Assembly (NCBI GenBank): GCA_045594705.1
Contig: JAZNZB010000081.1
Location: 2,932-66,931, forward strand
Direction: 5' to 3'
DNA length: 64,000 nucleotides
Source of the DNA: Eubacteriales bacterium
Lineage (GTDB): Bacteria; Bacillota; Clostridia; Oscillospirales; CAG-272
The first letter of the stretch is position 1. The number at the start of each line of letters is the position of its first letter. Made by a program: the position numbers and the translations under genes. Shown here in pieces: positions 63,207 through 64,000 of the stretch. The notes beneath the pieces were generated by a model. That model saw nothing but the letters and a program-made list of their open reading frames with translations, was not told the DNA's origin and made no database searches.

Positions 63207-63968
63207 TTAAATTCTGGATGCAAGCTCTTTTGCGCATGCCAGATATTCGGCAGCGCCCTTGTTGCGCTTGTCATGATAATAAACAGGCATGCCAAAGCCG
63301 GGGGCTTCGGACACCTTGACGCTACGGGAAATGGGCGAATCAAACAGCTTGTCTGCATAGTGGCGACGCAATTCGCTCATGACTTGCTGAGAAAGCAGCA
63401 GTCTTTGATTGTACATGGTGATCAGAATGCCGGTTACGGTCAGATTGTTATTGTAGTGCGACTTGATTCTGCCAACTGTGATCATCAGCTGAGAGAGACC
63501 TTCAAGCGCGTAGAATTCGCACTGCATCGGAATGACCACTCCGTCACTGGCTGCCATGGCGTTTACGGTCAGCATACCCAGAGAAGGCGGACAATCAATA
63601 ATAATGTAGTCGTAATTGCTCTTGACAGGAGCAAGGGCTTCTTTCATACGATATTCGCTGTTTTCATGCTGGAACAGCTCAAATTCAGCACCTGCAAGTG
63701 CAATATTGGTAGGAACTAAGTGCAAATTCTCATATTCAGTTTCAATAATAGCATCTTGCATGGATACGTCAGCAGTCAAAACGTCATTAATGGTCAGCTT
63801 CAGCGTCTTTTTTGCAATCCCTGCACCGCTTGTGGCGTTGCCCTGGGGGTCAAGATCGATCAAGAGTACCTTGTATCCAAGAATGCCGAGGGAAGCAGCA
63901 ATGTTGACAGCAGAGGTGGTTTTGCCTACGCCGCCCTTCTGATTACAGAATGAGATGATTTTTCCCAT
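63207..63968 (-). CDS. parA: Chromosome partitioning ATPase ParA/Soj
   Basis: NQKGGVGKTT, DLDPQGNAT, DCPPSLG, QCEFYALEG. Confidence 0.97.
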   Translation of the reverse strand: MGKIISFCNQKGGVGKTTSAVNIAASLGILGYKVLLIDLDPQGNATSGAGIAKKTLKLTINDVLTADVSMQDAIIETEYENLHLVPTNIALAGAEFELFQHENSEYRMKEALAPVKSNYDYIIIDCPPSLGMLTVNAMAASDGVVIPMQCEFYALEGLSQLMITVGRIKSHYNNNLTVTGILITMYNQRLLLSQQVMSELRRHYADKLFDSPISRSVKVSEAPGFGMPVYYHDKRNKGAAEYLACAKELASRI

Positions 63969-64000
63969 GGAATCTATATACCTCCAAAAAATATTCTGCG

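Overview
Core chromosomal region around the replication origin of a probably spore-forming Clostridia-like bacterium (gene order resembles Oscillospiraceae-type gut/rumen lineages; this is an inference). Left to right: nusA (partial)-rimP; yybS-gdpP-rplI-dnaB-tilS-hpt-ftsH; alr, a DUF5722-like lipoprotein, AraC, YitT; a LytTR/DUF3021 pair; a class I lysyl-tRNA synthetase fused to a tRNA-binding domain; a cluster of secreted modular proteins; a SleB-like hydrolase; maf-mreB-pbp2; MarR-DUF368-pssA; copA; dnaA-oriC-dnaN-recF-remB-gyrB-pfkB-mreC-mreD-gyrA; two paralogous surface lipoproteins; glnA (type III), rarA, peptidase C26, a membrane protein, serS, parB, parA. No rRNA, tRNA, CRISPR, prophage or transposase gene was seen, but intergenic spaces carry GTAG-type REP doublets and three long inverted-repeat (MITE-like) elements. 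The best novelty candidates are: (1) three adjacent secreted proteins ending in a shared Gly-Cys/transmembrane/basic C-terminal signal, a candidate sorting system; (2) an unnamed 'DPY...W...RxD' domain repeated six times in five surface proteins; (3) an MreB with Ala at the catalytic Glu, with mreC/mreD moved into the gyrB-gyrA operon; (4) tandem LexA-like boxes before a membrane protein-peptidase C26-rarA operon; (5) long blocks of genes on both sides of oriC that point toward the origin. All family assignments come from motif recognition by eye, not database searches.
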